Below, piece after piece: positions 7,995 to 16,514 of a stretch of 64,000 nt of DNA (within the stretch, counting starts at the first letter, position 1; each line of letters begins with the position of its first letter). A model generated the notes under the pieces. It was given only the letters and a program-made list of their open reading frames with translations, was not told the origin of the DNA and made no database searches. Both the position numbers and the translations under genes were made by a program. Source of the DNA: a virus (taxonomy: Duplodnaviria > Caudoviricetes); the IMG/VR virus record IMGVR_UViG_3300037483_000750, positions 6,940 through 70,939 of that record, one strand, 5' to 3'.

Positions 7995-10004
7995 CTAGTC
8001 GTCGCCGCGCATCCAGAGGTATTGGGGGTGCAGGTAGAGAGCCATCTGGAGGAGCATCCCGGGCTCACTGAAGAATGGCACCAGTCCGAAGGTCGCCCCG
8101 ATGTAGTGGGCCGCTACAAAGTAGATGCGGTTCTCAACCCCCTGCCGCAGCTTGAGCTGGTCGCTCTTTCGGCTCCAGGTCTCTGCAATCACCCACTGGC
8201 TACCGCTCCAGATGCGCTTGATGGTCCTGTCCATCACCAAGCCGTTGTCGTCCTCGAGCTTCGTGCCTCCCCGAAGGGCCGAGGCTCCCGTCGTAGCGTC
8301 CGAAATCGGGTCGTCGTACTGAAGAATGGATTCGTCGGCTGGCAACAGAATGATGTCGTAGAGACGCAAGGTAGCGGCCCCTGTCGTCCGCTCAGCTCGC
8401 ACCTCGAACAAGACCTCTCCGCTGGACATCAGGTCATAGAGGTCCTGGTAGCCAGCGAACGGCAGTTGCAGATAGCCTCCTGGCGTCAGGTCGATAAGCT
8501 CTATCCCAAGGTCATGCGCGGCCAAGGCCACGACCGGTTTGGTCAGTTGTGGTGAGCCGGCCGCATTGCTGTGGATGTAGACCCGCAGCGAGACTCTGGT
8601 TTCCCCGTTCCCGCCGCCAATCTGCTGGGCCCGCAGGAATACTCGGTACTGTCCCCGGTAGGTGTGGAGCTTGTTGGTCCCGGTCAGCGTTGCTCTCGCC
8701 ACCATCGTGCTGTCGGTGCCGAAAGTCACATTCATCCGGTCGCCCCCGGGCGCTGTCGGGTCGGCCGTGATGGTCGCATCTGTCCCGGCCGCCACAGCCC
8801 ATCCAGTCGGCAGCGCATCCCCAAGGTTGAGGAAAGCGTTGAAATCGGTCAGGTCCCGGCTACGAACCCCGGCGAAGACAGCGGATGTCAGGCCCATTGC
8901 TGGTGTCGTCCCCCCGCCCGCGCCTGGACGAAACTCCGCTAGCGCGTAGGGTGGTCCGTCCCCCTTCACGCTGGCTGCCGGAATACGCACCTCGCCCGAG
9001 CGCACAGTGAACACAGTCTTTGTCCCGTTCTGTGGTGTGGTCGTGTGGCTCGTGAAGGCCGAGATACGAACCCGAACCCAAAACTTGTTCTGAGCGTTGA
9101 TGGTCGTCTTGGCCCAATCGCTCTTGGCTTTCCAGGCGAAAGCCCATCGCCCGACCTGCTTGAAGGGCGTGCTGTCCGGGAATAGTGTGTAATCGGTGCC
9201 GGCCGTGAGTACCGTGTTCCAGTTGGCTCCGTTCCAGTACTCCCACGTCTCCGTCCAGCTGTAGACGCCCGCCACCGTGATCTGTCCTGCGATGGCGAAA
9301 AAGGGCTCATCAGCTCCGAAATAGACGATGTCATTGACCGCCGGCGTCGAGCCGCTCACCGAGAACAGAGAGAAGCTCGCCGTTGCCACGAAGTTCGTGC
9401 TGAAGGCAGCTAGGCTGTCGTCAAAGCAGTAGATGTGCGTGAGCGCGGCGTTGGTCTGCTCGTGGTTCACCAGGAAATGCGCGTTAGCGACGTCTTCGTC
9501 CTCGGTGAACCTGTCATCGAACAGTACGGCGCTAGGGAGGACGCCCGGCTCGTTCGCACGCCATGAAAACCGAGCCAGCGTCATTCCGCTTTCAATGAGC
9601 GCCTGAGCCTCGACCGCCGTGTCGAAAAGGGGGTTTGGTAGCGCCAGCTCGGGCGAATGGTCCACCAGCGCCCATCGCTCTCCAGTTTCGTTGGTCGCCT
9701 TGGCATGGAGAATGACCGGTGTCCGCTGAGGGAAGAAACCGCCTCCGTATGCCCAAGCCGATTCCAACAGCCGGATGAGTCTCCTGACCGAAGCGTTCAG
9801 CTCATCGGTGCAAGGCTCCTTAGCGATGATACGGTAACGCTCAACGAACAGCTCATCCGTCTGTAGGGCCCGTCTCCGCAGCTGGTGAGGTTGCAGGTTC
9901 ATTACCTGGCCAGCATCCCGTCCACCGGTCAAGGCTCCCCCGGGCTCGACCCTCGCTAGGTCTAGCCGTTCGTCCCCGAAAAGAAGTTCGAAGGTCCGGC
10001 GCAT
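7995..10004 (-). CDS. Distal tail (Dit)-like protein with inserted beta-sandwich domains
   Basis: First gene after the tape measure; aromatic WEYWNGANW...FWVRVRI insertion suggests a carbohydrate-binding module. Confidence 0.55.
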   Translation of the reverse strand: MRRTFELLFGDERLDLARVEPGGALTGGRDAGQVMNLQPHQLRRRALQTDELFVERYRIIAKEPCTDELNASVRRLIRLLESAWAYGGGFFPQRTPVILHAKATNETGERWALVDHSPELALPNPLFDTAVEAQALIESGMTLARFSWRANEPGVLPSAVLFDDRFTEDEDVANAHFLVNHEQTNAALTHIYCFDDSLAAFSTNFVATASFSLFSVSGSTPAVNDIVYFGADEPFFAIAGQITVAGVYSWTETWEYWNGANWNTVLTAGTDYTLFPDSTPFKQVGRWAFAWKAKSDWAKTTINAQNKFWVRVRISAFTSHTTTPQNGTKTVFTVRSGEVRIPAASVKGDGPPYALAEFRPGAGGGTTPAMGLTSAVFAGVRSRDLTDFNAFLNLGDALPTGWAVAAGTDATITADPTAPGGDRMNVTFGTDSTMVARATLTGTNKLHTYRGQYRVFLRAQQIGGGNGETRVSLRVYIHSNAAGSPQLTKPVVALAAHDLGIELIDLTPGGYLQLPFAGYQDLYDLMSSGEVLFEVRAERTTGAATLRLYDIILLPADESILQYDDPISDATTGASALRGGTKLEDDNGLVMDRTIKRIWSGSQWVIAETWSRKSDQLKLRQGVENRIYFVAAHYIGATFGLVPFFSEPGMLLQMALYLHPQYLWMRGDD

Positions 10005-12056
10005 CTATGCCCCCAACCAGTCCCGCATCGCCAGGTCGAACGCCTGGGAAGAGATGCGGTCTCGGTTGACCACAGTCCCGATGCTCACATTCCGGCTGTT
10101 GTCGGTTGTACCTCCCAAGCCAGCCCCGCCCGGCGGCATCGTCGTCGGCGGTACATTCATCGTTGGTAGTCGCACGTTGTCGAGCGCCCGGTTGATTCCG
10201 CGGATGCCCAGCTCGAATTCCGTTGGGCTCCCCGGGATGAGCCAGTCAGGAATGGCGTCCTCGATCTGCTGGGCTAGGCTGCTGACCTTCTGGATAATCC
10301 CGTTGATGACGCTACTGATAGCGTTGCGGATGCGGTCGAAGACCGTCACCACAATCAGCCGTGCCATCTCGAAGTTGTTGCGCCAGGTGGCGATGAAGCT
10401 GTCCAGGTTGACGCCCACGATGCCGGCCGCCGCGTTGAAGAAGCCGACGAACGTCTGTTTCATCGCCTCCCAGGCTCCGGCCCAATCCCCATTCAGAATA
10501 GCCAGGGCCGTGTTGATGATGCCCGTGATGGCCACGAACGCTGCGGTGATCGTCCCGGCGATGAAGGTGAAAATGAACCCCACCACTGCCATGACCTCGT
10601 CCCCGTGGGCCTGCCATTCGATGGCAAGCTCCTGGAACAGCCCGCCGAGGCCCTCGATGATGCCCTTCACATTCTCACTGACCACGGTCAGCGCGGGCAA
10701 GATGGTCGCATTCCAAAAATCGGCGAAGCCCTGCAGCTGGGCCTCGGCCTCCGGCCTCTTTTCCCCGAACGCCGAGAACAGTGCCGTCACTCCGTCGATG
10801 AGAGGCTGAAAGGTCGTCCTGGCTTCCTCGAGTGCTCCCGGCAGTGTCTCCCGAAGCCAGTTCACGACCTCCCTGCCCTTGTCGATAATCCCGACGATGG
10901 TGTCCGTCACGGTTCCGATGACACCCAGGATGCCTTCGGCCGACGGCTTGAACCCGAGCGCCTCGGCCAATAGCTGCAGGGACGCCCACAGTTCCGTCAT
11001 GGCGTCGACGACCTTGTCGGCATTCTCCCCCAGCACCGGGCCGAGCAAGCCGATGAAGTCCTGAATGCCGTCCAGCACCGGCTGCATGAAATCCGCCAGT
11101 CGCTCGAGCACCGGGATGAGCGCGTTGCCGATGGCCTCGGTCGAATCGAGCAGGTGCTCCTTCATGATCTGCATCCGCCCGCCGAAGGTCTTGGCGGCTC
11201 GGGCGGCCGTTCCACCAATCGTTCCGGTGAGTGCATCGAGCAGGAACTTCTGCGCGCCAGCGACGTCGCCGGTTTCAACCATCCGGTCGATCATGTCCTT
11301 CTGCTGGTCGGTCAAGACGATTCCGGCAGCCTTCAGGGCCCGTAGCCCTTCTCCCGGAACCTCGAGTGCCCGACCCAGCATCCCCGCCGCTGTGGCCGCA
11401 TCCGTTCCCAATGCCGCGGCTAGGTCGAGTGTGACCTGGAGCGCCGGCTCGAATGCCTTCCCGCGTAGCTGGGAGAACCGGAGGAGTACCGTCTCCGCCG
11501 AGAGTACTGCCTCGTCGCTACCTCCGGCCAGGTCCTTGTACTGTTCGGACAAGCGGATGGCCTCTTCGCGCGTGACCCCCATAATGGCCCCGACCGCCGC
11601 GGTCGCCTTCTCTAGGTTGCCTTCCTGCCAGGCCAACAGGAACGCTTTCCGTTCGTCTTCCGAGAGCTCCGTTCCGAGCGCCGCGAGCGCGTCCTGCAAA
11701 TTCCCCTGCCGCCAAGCCAAGGTGAAGGACTGGTTCGAGGTAGCGTCCATGGTCGTCCCGACGGCCGCCAAGGTGGCGTCGAGCTTCGCCATGACCTCTT
11801 CGTGCTGTAGGGCCTCTCGAATTCCGATCGCTGTGGCCGCCGCCAATCCGGTGGCCGCCGCCGCGACTGCTGCGACGGCCGCGGCGATACCAGCCGTTGC
11901 GATGGTCCCGCCTACTGCGACGGCCGCCCCACCGAGGCCCCCCAGGAGGCCGCCCGTGTGTTGGGCAGCCGACCCCATCTTCCCAAGGTCCGTTAGATAT
12001 TTGCTGAGGCCCTTGACGATGGCCTCGACGCCCATCGGCGTGAATGCACCTGCCAC
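10005..12056 (-). CDS. Tail tape measure protein
   Basis: 683 aa, Ala/Gly-rich helical sequence with spaced Trp/Phe repeats in the C-half; follows the chaperone genes. Confidence 0.9.
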   Translation of the reverse strand: MAGAFTPMGVEAIVKGLSKYLTDLGKMGSAAQHTGGLLGGLGGAAVAVGGTIATAGIAAAVAAVAAAATGLAAATAIGIREALQHEEVMAKLDATLAAVGTTMDATSNQSFTLAWRQGNLQDALAALGTELSEDERKAFLLAWQEGNLEKATAAVGAIMGVTREEAIRLSEQYKDLAGGSDEAVLSAETVLLRFSQLRGKAFEPALQVTLDLAAALGTDAATAAGMLGRALEVPGEGLRALKAAGIVLTDQQKDMIDRMVETGDVAGAQKFLLDALTGTIGGTAARAAKTFGGRMQIMKEHLLDSTEAIGNALIPVLERLADFMQPVLDGIQDFIGLLGPVLGENADKVVDAMTELWASLQLLAEALGFKPSAEGILGVIGTVTDTIVGIIDKGREVVNWLRETLPGALEEARTTFQPLIDGVTALFSAFGEKRPEAEAQLQGFADFWNATILPALTVVSENVKGIIEGLGGLFQELAIEWQAHGDEVMAVVGFIFTFIAGTITAAFVAITGIINTALAILNGDWAGAWEAMKQTFVGFFNAAAGIVGVNLDSFIATWRNNFEMARLIVVTVFDRIRNAISSVINGIIQKVSSLAQQIEDAIPDWLIPGSPTEFELGIRGINRALDNVRLPTMNVPPTTMPPGGAGLGGTTDNSRNVSIGTVVNRDRISSQAFDLAMRDWLGA

Positions 12057-12358
12057 TATCGTCTCCCGCGTCTTCGGCGTTTGGCTTCTTGTTCGGCCGC
12101 CCGCTGACGCTCACTCTCCATGTGCAGGTTGATTTGCTGGCGCAACCTATTCCACGCGATGACCCGAACCTTCAGCGGCTTGGGAATGTCGCCTGCTTCC
12201 CAAGCCGCTATGCTCAACCCGGCCGCAATGCAGGCTTCGAACTCCTCGAAAGCCCCGGAGGTCGTGATGCCGCTTCTAACCAGTTTCCCCGGCGGGCTGA
12301 CCTCCATTATCGGTGTCCCGTGTTTCAGGACCCGGAAAGGTGCGCGTGGCGCGCTCAA
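12056..12358 (-). CDS. Tail assembly chaperone, T-like extension frame
   Basis: Overlaps the upstream chaperone ORF in the +1 frame and abuts the tape measure start. Confidence 0.65.
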   Translation of the reverse strand: MSAPRAPFRVLKHGTPIMEVSPPGKLVRSGITTSGAFEEFEACIAAGLSIAAWEAGDIPKPLKVRVIAWNRLRQQINLHMESERQRAAEQEAKRRRRGRR

Positions 12359-12854
12359 CCTCCACCGGCGAGATTCCCGCTGACCGGCTCAGCATCGTCA
12401 GGTCCATCGAGCTGACAGCGATGTATCGCTTGTAGAGGAACTCGAGGTCGAGCGCGTTGTCGAGCTGGTAGCCGCTCAGGTCCAGGGTCCCCCGGCGCTC
12501 GAGGAACTGGAGCTTCGGTAGCCACGTATCCGCTGGCGGAACTGGCTCCGCCAGATCGATGCCGAACATGACCATGGCGTCGATGGCTGCCATTCCCCGG
12601 TCCCGCGTCGCTCGGGTAAGCGCCCTCTGATACTCCGGGTTCCCCGGATTCGGTTCGTCCCGGTCCTTGTCGGGGTTGTGCCAGACCGGCACCGGCGGGT
12701 CCTGCACCCGCATCGTCACTTCCTCGATGAGGCTGGCCGCCACCGGGCGCAGCTTCGCCTTGATGCCCGTCGACAGCGTCACCACCTTGTCGTTCCAGGC
12801 CTGCTCTCGCGCCGCCTCAACCGCCGGCGATGTCTTGCCCCTGCGCTTGCTCAT
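12276..12854 (-). CDS. Tail assembly chaperone (G-like)
   Basis: Lies between the tail tube and tape measure genes; GGAG RBS. Confidence 0.7.
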   Translation of the reverse strand: MSKRRGKTSPAVEAAREQAWNDKVVTLSTGIKAKLRPVAASLIEEVTMRVQDPPVPVWHNPDKDRDEPNPGNPEYQRALTRATRDRGMAAIDAMVMFGIDLAEPVPPADTWLPKLQFLERRGTLDLSGYQLDNALDLEFLYKRYIAVSSMDLTMLSRSAGISPVEVERATRTFPGPETRDTDNGGQPAGETG

Positions 12855-12882
12855 CTGTCCCTCCAGTCCGAAGTGGGTTGGG

Positions 12883-14394
12883 TTACATCTCGCCTACGAT
12901 GACAATCCCGTCGCTTCCGCCTCCGTCCAGGCCCGTCGCCACCAGCAGGTGCGGGTCCGACACACAGGCCGCGATGGCCGTGTAGCGGTCGCTGTCCTGG
13001 ATGACGCCGCTGTCCTGGGGCAGGACAATCCAGTCGTAGCCGCCGTTGAAGCTCGCCAGTAGGCGGCCCTTCGGCGCTGATGTCGTGTGGCTCATGTAGA
13101 AGATGCTGTCGCTGGCCTTCTTGAGTTCCTGAACGACGCCGCTCCCGCTGCCCGGGAATGCCTTCTCGGTCCAGCTCTCACCAGCATCGAGCGTGTAGTA
13201 CAGCCGGCCCGCCGCCGAACCGACCAGCCACTCATTCTTGCTCTTGACGAGGACCGTGTTCAGGTGCACGCCAGCGCCGGTCGGCCGGACGGTTGCCGCC
13301 TGCCAGGTCGTCCCGTTCTTGGTGTAGATGACCGTCCCGCTGTTCCCGACCGCCACGGCGAAGCTCGAACTGAGGGCGTCGATGGCGTTCAGGTTGTCCA
13401 CCGTCGCTGCGCCGGCGTCCTGCACCGTGACGCCTGCCGTCGCGTCCTCGAGCAGGTAGACATAGCCGCCCGCTCCGACGACCCAGGCCTTCGTCCCTAG
13501 GCTGAAGATGTCCCGTGGTCCCTTGCCAGCGACGTATCCGGTGGCCACCTCGGTGAAGGCCGGGTCGCCCACTCCGGCCTTGAAGTCTTCCTTGAGCGCG
13601 TAGTGCTGGGAAAGGCTGGCCGTGCTGACTACCACTAGGTAGTCCCCGACGCAGGCAAGCGCGTTCGGCTCCTCGGCCGCGGCCAGGGTGTCAATGTCGT
13701 GGGCGTACCAGTTCAGGCCCCCGTCGATGGAGTAGACGATGTCGGCTGGGGTCGAGGGGCTTCCGCCGGCGGCCTTGGTCAGGATGTAGACGCGCTGGCA
13801 GCCGTCGCTCTCGTTTGTGCAGTCCCCGCAGCTGATGTCGTCGCAGATGACGACGTCGATGCCCTCGTTGGTCATGATGTCTTCGGCCTTCTCGCCGAAG
13901 CCGAGCGGGATGATGTCGTAGATGAGCTTGGCGCTCACCTCGATTCGCTCGTTGACCACCGCCTGGTCGGCGCTTCCCAGGGCACCGAGGTCATCCGCTT
14001 CCCAGTTCACGATCAGCGCATCCTCCAGGATGAGGTCCTTGAGGAAGGTGTTGAACTGGTCCGGCGGGTCGCACACTCCGAAGTGGACCTGGATGTCCAC
14101 GGCGCATCCCTTGTTCGCCAGCCGGAGCATGGTCGAACGCAGGTCGGCGGCGTAGCGGCCCTCGAGCGTGATGCTCGCCCGCTCGTCCTCGCCCCGAATG
14201 CGACCAATCTCCCGGAACTTTCCGTAGTTCAGTGGGTCCGGGGCCTCGATCTTCGTCACGTCTCCGAAGCCCTTGCTCGGGGCCTGTGCCCGCATGAAGC
14301 TCTCGTAGCTGGGCTTGTGGTCCACCCGCGCCCGGTTCTCGATGAGGAACACGCGGGAGTTGCCGGTCTGAGCTGCAATCATCTCTTCAGTCAT
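12883..14394 (-). CDS. Major tail tube protein with C-terminal Asp-box beta-propeller
   Basis: Position before the chaperones. The N-terminal ~190 aa look tube-like. The C-terminal part has Asp-box repeats YSIDGGLNW, YTKNGTTW, YTLDAGESW, ASFNGGYDW. Confidence 0.65.
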   Translation of the reverse strand: MTEEMIAAQTGNSRVFLIENRARVDHKPSYESFMRAQAPSKGFGDVTKIEAPDPLNYGKFREIGRIRGEDERASITLEGRYAADLRSTMLRLANKGCAVDIQVHFGVCDPPDQFNTFLKDLILEDALIVNWEADDLGALGSADQAVVNERIEVSAKLIYDIIPLGFGEKAEDIMTNEGIDVVICDDISCGDCTNESDGCQRVYILTKAAGGSPSTPADIVYSIDGGLNWYAHDIDTLAAAEEPNALACVGDYLVVVSTASLSQHYALKEDFKAGVGDPAFTEVATGYVAGKGPRDIFSLGTKAWVVGAGGYVYLLEDATAGVTVQDAGAATVDNLNAIDALSSSFAVAVGNSGTVIYTKNGTTWQAATVRPTGAGVHLNTVLVKSKNEWLVGSAAGRLYYTLDAGESWTEKAFPGSGSGVVQELKKASDSIFYMSHTTSAPKGRLLASFNGGYDWIVLPQDSGVIQDSDRYTAIAACVSDPHLLVATGLDGGGSDGIVIVGEM

Positions 14395-14404
14395 GGTCGT
14401 CTCC

Positions 14405-14698
14405 TTATGCGGCTACGGCCGCGTCCTTCTGACGGTAGAGTTCGATGACCCGCCTGTGCAGGCAGGTCTTCACGGCGCTCGTCACGCCGCGCTGTTCCCG
14501 CTGCACGTCCTGCCAAGTGAAAAGTCCCTGGTCCACTAGGGCGTTGTGGAGTTCCCGCTTCACGTCCTCCCAATCGACCCCGTTCAGGTCTGGCGGCATC
14601 ACCGGAATGCCCTTCTCCGCCATGCTCTCCGGGTCCCCGTCCCGCAGCATCGCCGCGTGCCGAAAGCCTGCCCGGTCGGTCCAGGTAGCTATCTTCAC
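14405..14698 (-). CDS. Small neck-region hypothetical protein
   Basis: ATGA overlap with the upstream gene; lies in the structural operon. Confidence 0.55.
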   Translation of the reverse strand: MKIATWTDRAGFRHAAMLRDGDPESMAEKGIPVMPPDLNGVDWEDVKRELHNALVDQGLFTWQDVQREQRGVTSAVKTCLHRRVIELYRQKDAAVAA

Positions 14699-15984
14699 AC
14701 CACCGCCACCTTCGGTCGACGCTCCGCCGTTCCAAACACCGCCCGCCAGGCCTCAACCTGGCCCCGCTTCGTCCCAAAGGGGTTCCGGACAATCTCGTCG
14801 GTCATGTAGTAGCTGTCGCCGCCGGTCGCACTCCGGCTCAGGTCCGTGCGCCAATCCTGGACCAGTGCCTGAACGCTCTTGCAGCTGCACAGCGGGCGCT
14901 CGAGCTTGCAAACCGTCAGCATCGCCACCAGCCGGGCCCACTCCTCCGGCATCGGGTCGCAGGTCTCGCCGCTCAGGAACTCGTCGCTCTGGTCTCCGCT
15001 CTGGTACCACAGCTTCACCAGCTCCGGCTCCCGGCAGACTGTCCACGCGTCCCGTGTCCAGACCCCATTGGTCTCGTCGTAGCTCGCGGGAGTCGGAACG
15101 ACGAAGCCTCCATGGAGGTCCCGGACGTGAACGCACCCATCCTGGGTCGTCAGCTCGCAGGCCGTGCAACCCGTTCCGCTGCACTGCGAACAGATGCCGT
15201 TGATGAACGTCGATGGGCTGGGCTCCCAAAAGAACTGCGCGCTCGGTTGCGTGAAGTCCGTGTATTCCCGGTAGACATCCACCGTGGTCTCGTAGTTCGC
15301 GCTCGCAGCCAAGTCGAGAGCGGTGGTGCCTTGGTCCGTTGGGAACTTCTCCCACAGCGAAGGCTTGATGAGCTGCCAGCTGTAGAAGGTCAGGACCGTG
15401 TTCACCCCGCTGAAGACCTTGGCGATAGCCGGTCGAATCTCCCACTCCGGCTTGCCGCTCTTACCAGCGAAGTAGGCCTTCACCTCGCAGGCGTCCGTCA
15501 CTGCCGCCGGCGTCGGCACCGTGATGGTGGCCATCTCGCTGTAGGTGTCGCCGTCCGGGTCGCTCCGCACAACGGCTGAGCCGGCCTGAATGACTGTCGT
15601 CGCCCGTCGGCCAGCCTGGAGAAACTTCGCATGCCGCAGCTTGATGGACTTCGGCATTCCTCGGATGTCGTAGCCGCTTCCCCGAAGCTCCCTGCGGTAG
15701 GGCTTTGGGAATCGGTAGACCTCCTCCACCTCGTACTTCGGGCCGGGCCAGAACCCCAGCTGGCTCGCCAGCTCGCGCTCGCTGTCGCGGATGGCCCGGG
15801 CGATGGTCTCCCGGCTGACGCGGTCCACGGCCTGCCAATCGTACTGGTGGATGACCATCCCGCAGGAACCGGACGAAGGCATGATGCTCCCGCCGGCCGC
15901 CCCGTTGAAGTGCGCCGGATTCAGCCCGATGATGGCTGCGAAGCGGTCCAGGGGCAGTATCGTCCGGATGCTTGCTCTAGCCAT
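14695..15984 (-). CDS. Putative head-tail adaptor/connector
   Basis: 429 aa between the capsid region and tail tube; internal CSQCSGTGCTAC Zn motif. Synteny-based call. Confidence 0.5.
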   Translation of the reverse strand: MARASIRTILPLDRFAAIIGLNPAHFNGAAGGSIMPSSGSCGMVIHQYDWQAVDRVSRETIARAIRDSERELASQLGFWPGPKYEVEEVYRFPKPYRRELRGSGYDIRGMPKSIKLRHAKFLQAGRRATTVIQAGSAVVRSDPDGDTYSEMATITVPTPAAVTDACEVKAYFAGKSGKPEWEIRPAIAKVFSGVNTVLTFYSWQLIKPSLWEKFPTDQGTTALDLAASANYETTVDVYREYTDFTQPSAQFFWEPSPSTFINGICSQCSGTGCTACELTTQDGCVHVRDLHGGFVVPTPASYDETNGVWTRDAWTVCREPELVKLWYQSGDQSDEFLSGETCDPMPEEWARLVAMLTVCKLERPLCSCKSVQALVQDWRTDLSRSATGGDSYYMTDEIVRNPFGTKRGQVEAWRAVFGTAERRPKVAVV

Positions 15985-16282
15985 TGACGCCTCTGTTGAT
16001 CAGTATGGCGGCCGTGCTCAGTGCGAATGGTAGCGCCAGGAGAAACGCCTGCTGTGGCCAGATAATGTAGGCCACAGCCCAACCGAACGCTACCCACACG
16101 CTCATGCAGTGGACGCAGTTGAAAACAGAGGCCAGTCCCGTTGTCGGGATGACCCGGCTCTTTTCATCGTAACGGATTCCCGCTAGGTGCCTCAGCTTCG
16201 CGAACACCGAGAATGGCCCTTCCTCTGCCGTCAGCATCCAGGCGATGCGCCAGGTCGCTCCCGCCAGTATGACGAGTTCCAT
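15977..16282 (-). CDS. DUF1360-like membrane protein
   Basis: ATWRIAWML..E.GPF..F..LR and FNCVHCMSVW motifs; GGAGGTG RBS before the ATG at 16282. Confidence 0.7.
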   Translation of the reverse strand: MELVILAGATWRIAWMLTAEEGPFSVFAKLRHLAGIRYDEKSRVIPTTGLASVFNCVHCMSVWVAFGWAVAYIIWPQQAFLLALPFALSTAAILINRGVNG

Positions 16283-16299
16283 TTCACCTCCCAAAACAA

Positions 16300-16380
16300 A
16301 GCGCCGGACCTGCTGGGGCCGTCGGAGCCCGCTATCCCAAGGGGGGAGGGAAGCGGACGGCCCTGCGTCAGTCCGGCGCT
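16300..16380 (-). ncRNA. Long irregular hairpin, candidate structured RNA
   Basis: Nested inverted repeats 16300-16309/16371-16380, 16316-16323/16356-16363 and 16330-16338/16348-16355; loop UCCCCCCUU on the transcribed strand. Confidence 0.45.
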
Positions 16381-16438
16381 GGCTCTATTGTCGCACGCGG
16401 TCAGTCTGGCCGCAAGCGTCTATTTGGGGCAACTTACA

Positions 16439-16514
16439 TGGTGGCGTGGGGCAGACTCGAACTGCCGGTCTCCTGGTTATGGGCCAGGCGAGGACGCCGC
16501 TCCTCCACCACGCT
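16439..16514 (-). tRNA. tRNA-Met(CAT), initiator (fMet)-type
   Basis: 76-nt cloverleaf: acceptor AGCGTGG/CCACGCC with a 1x72 mismatch, A11-U24 D-stem pair, anticodon arm CCTGG-CCCATAA-CCAGG, T-loop TTCGAGT, encoded CCA. Confidence 0.9.

Noticed and set aside
16300-16380. Possible SRP RNA or second tRNA
   Set aside because: No SRP helix-8 GNRA loop or conserved internal loop, and no cloverleaf.
16439-16470. tRNA 3' end as an attachment site
   Set aside because: No duplicate of the 3' end and no integrase in the window; the tRNA is complete and internal to the late operon.
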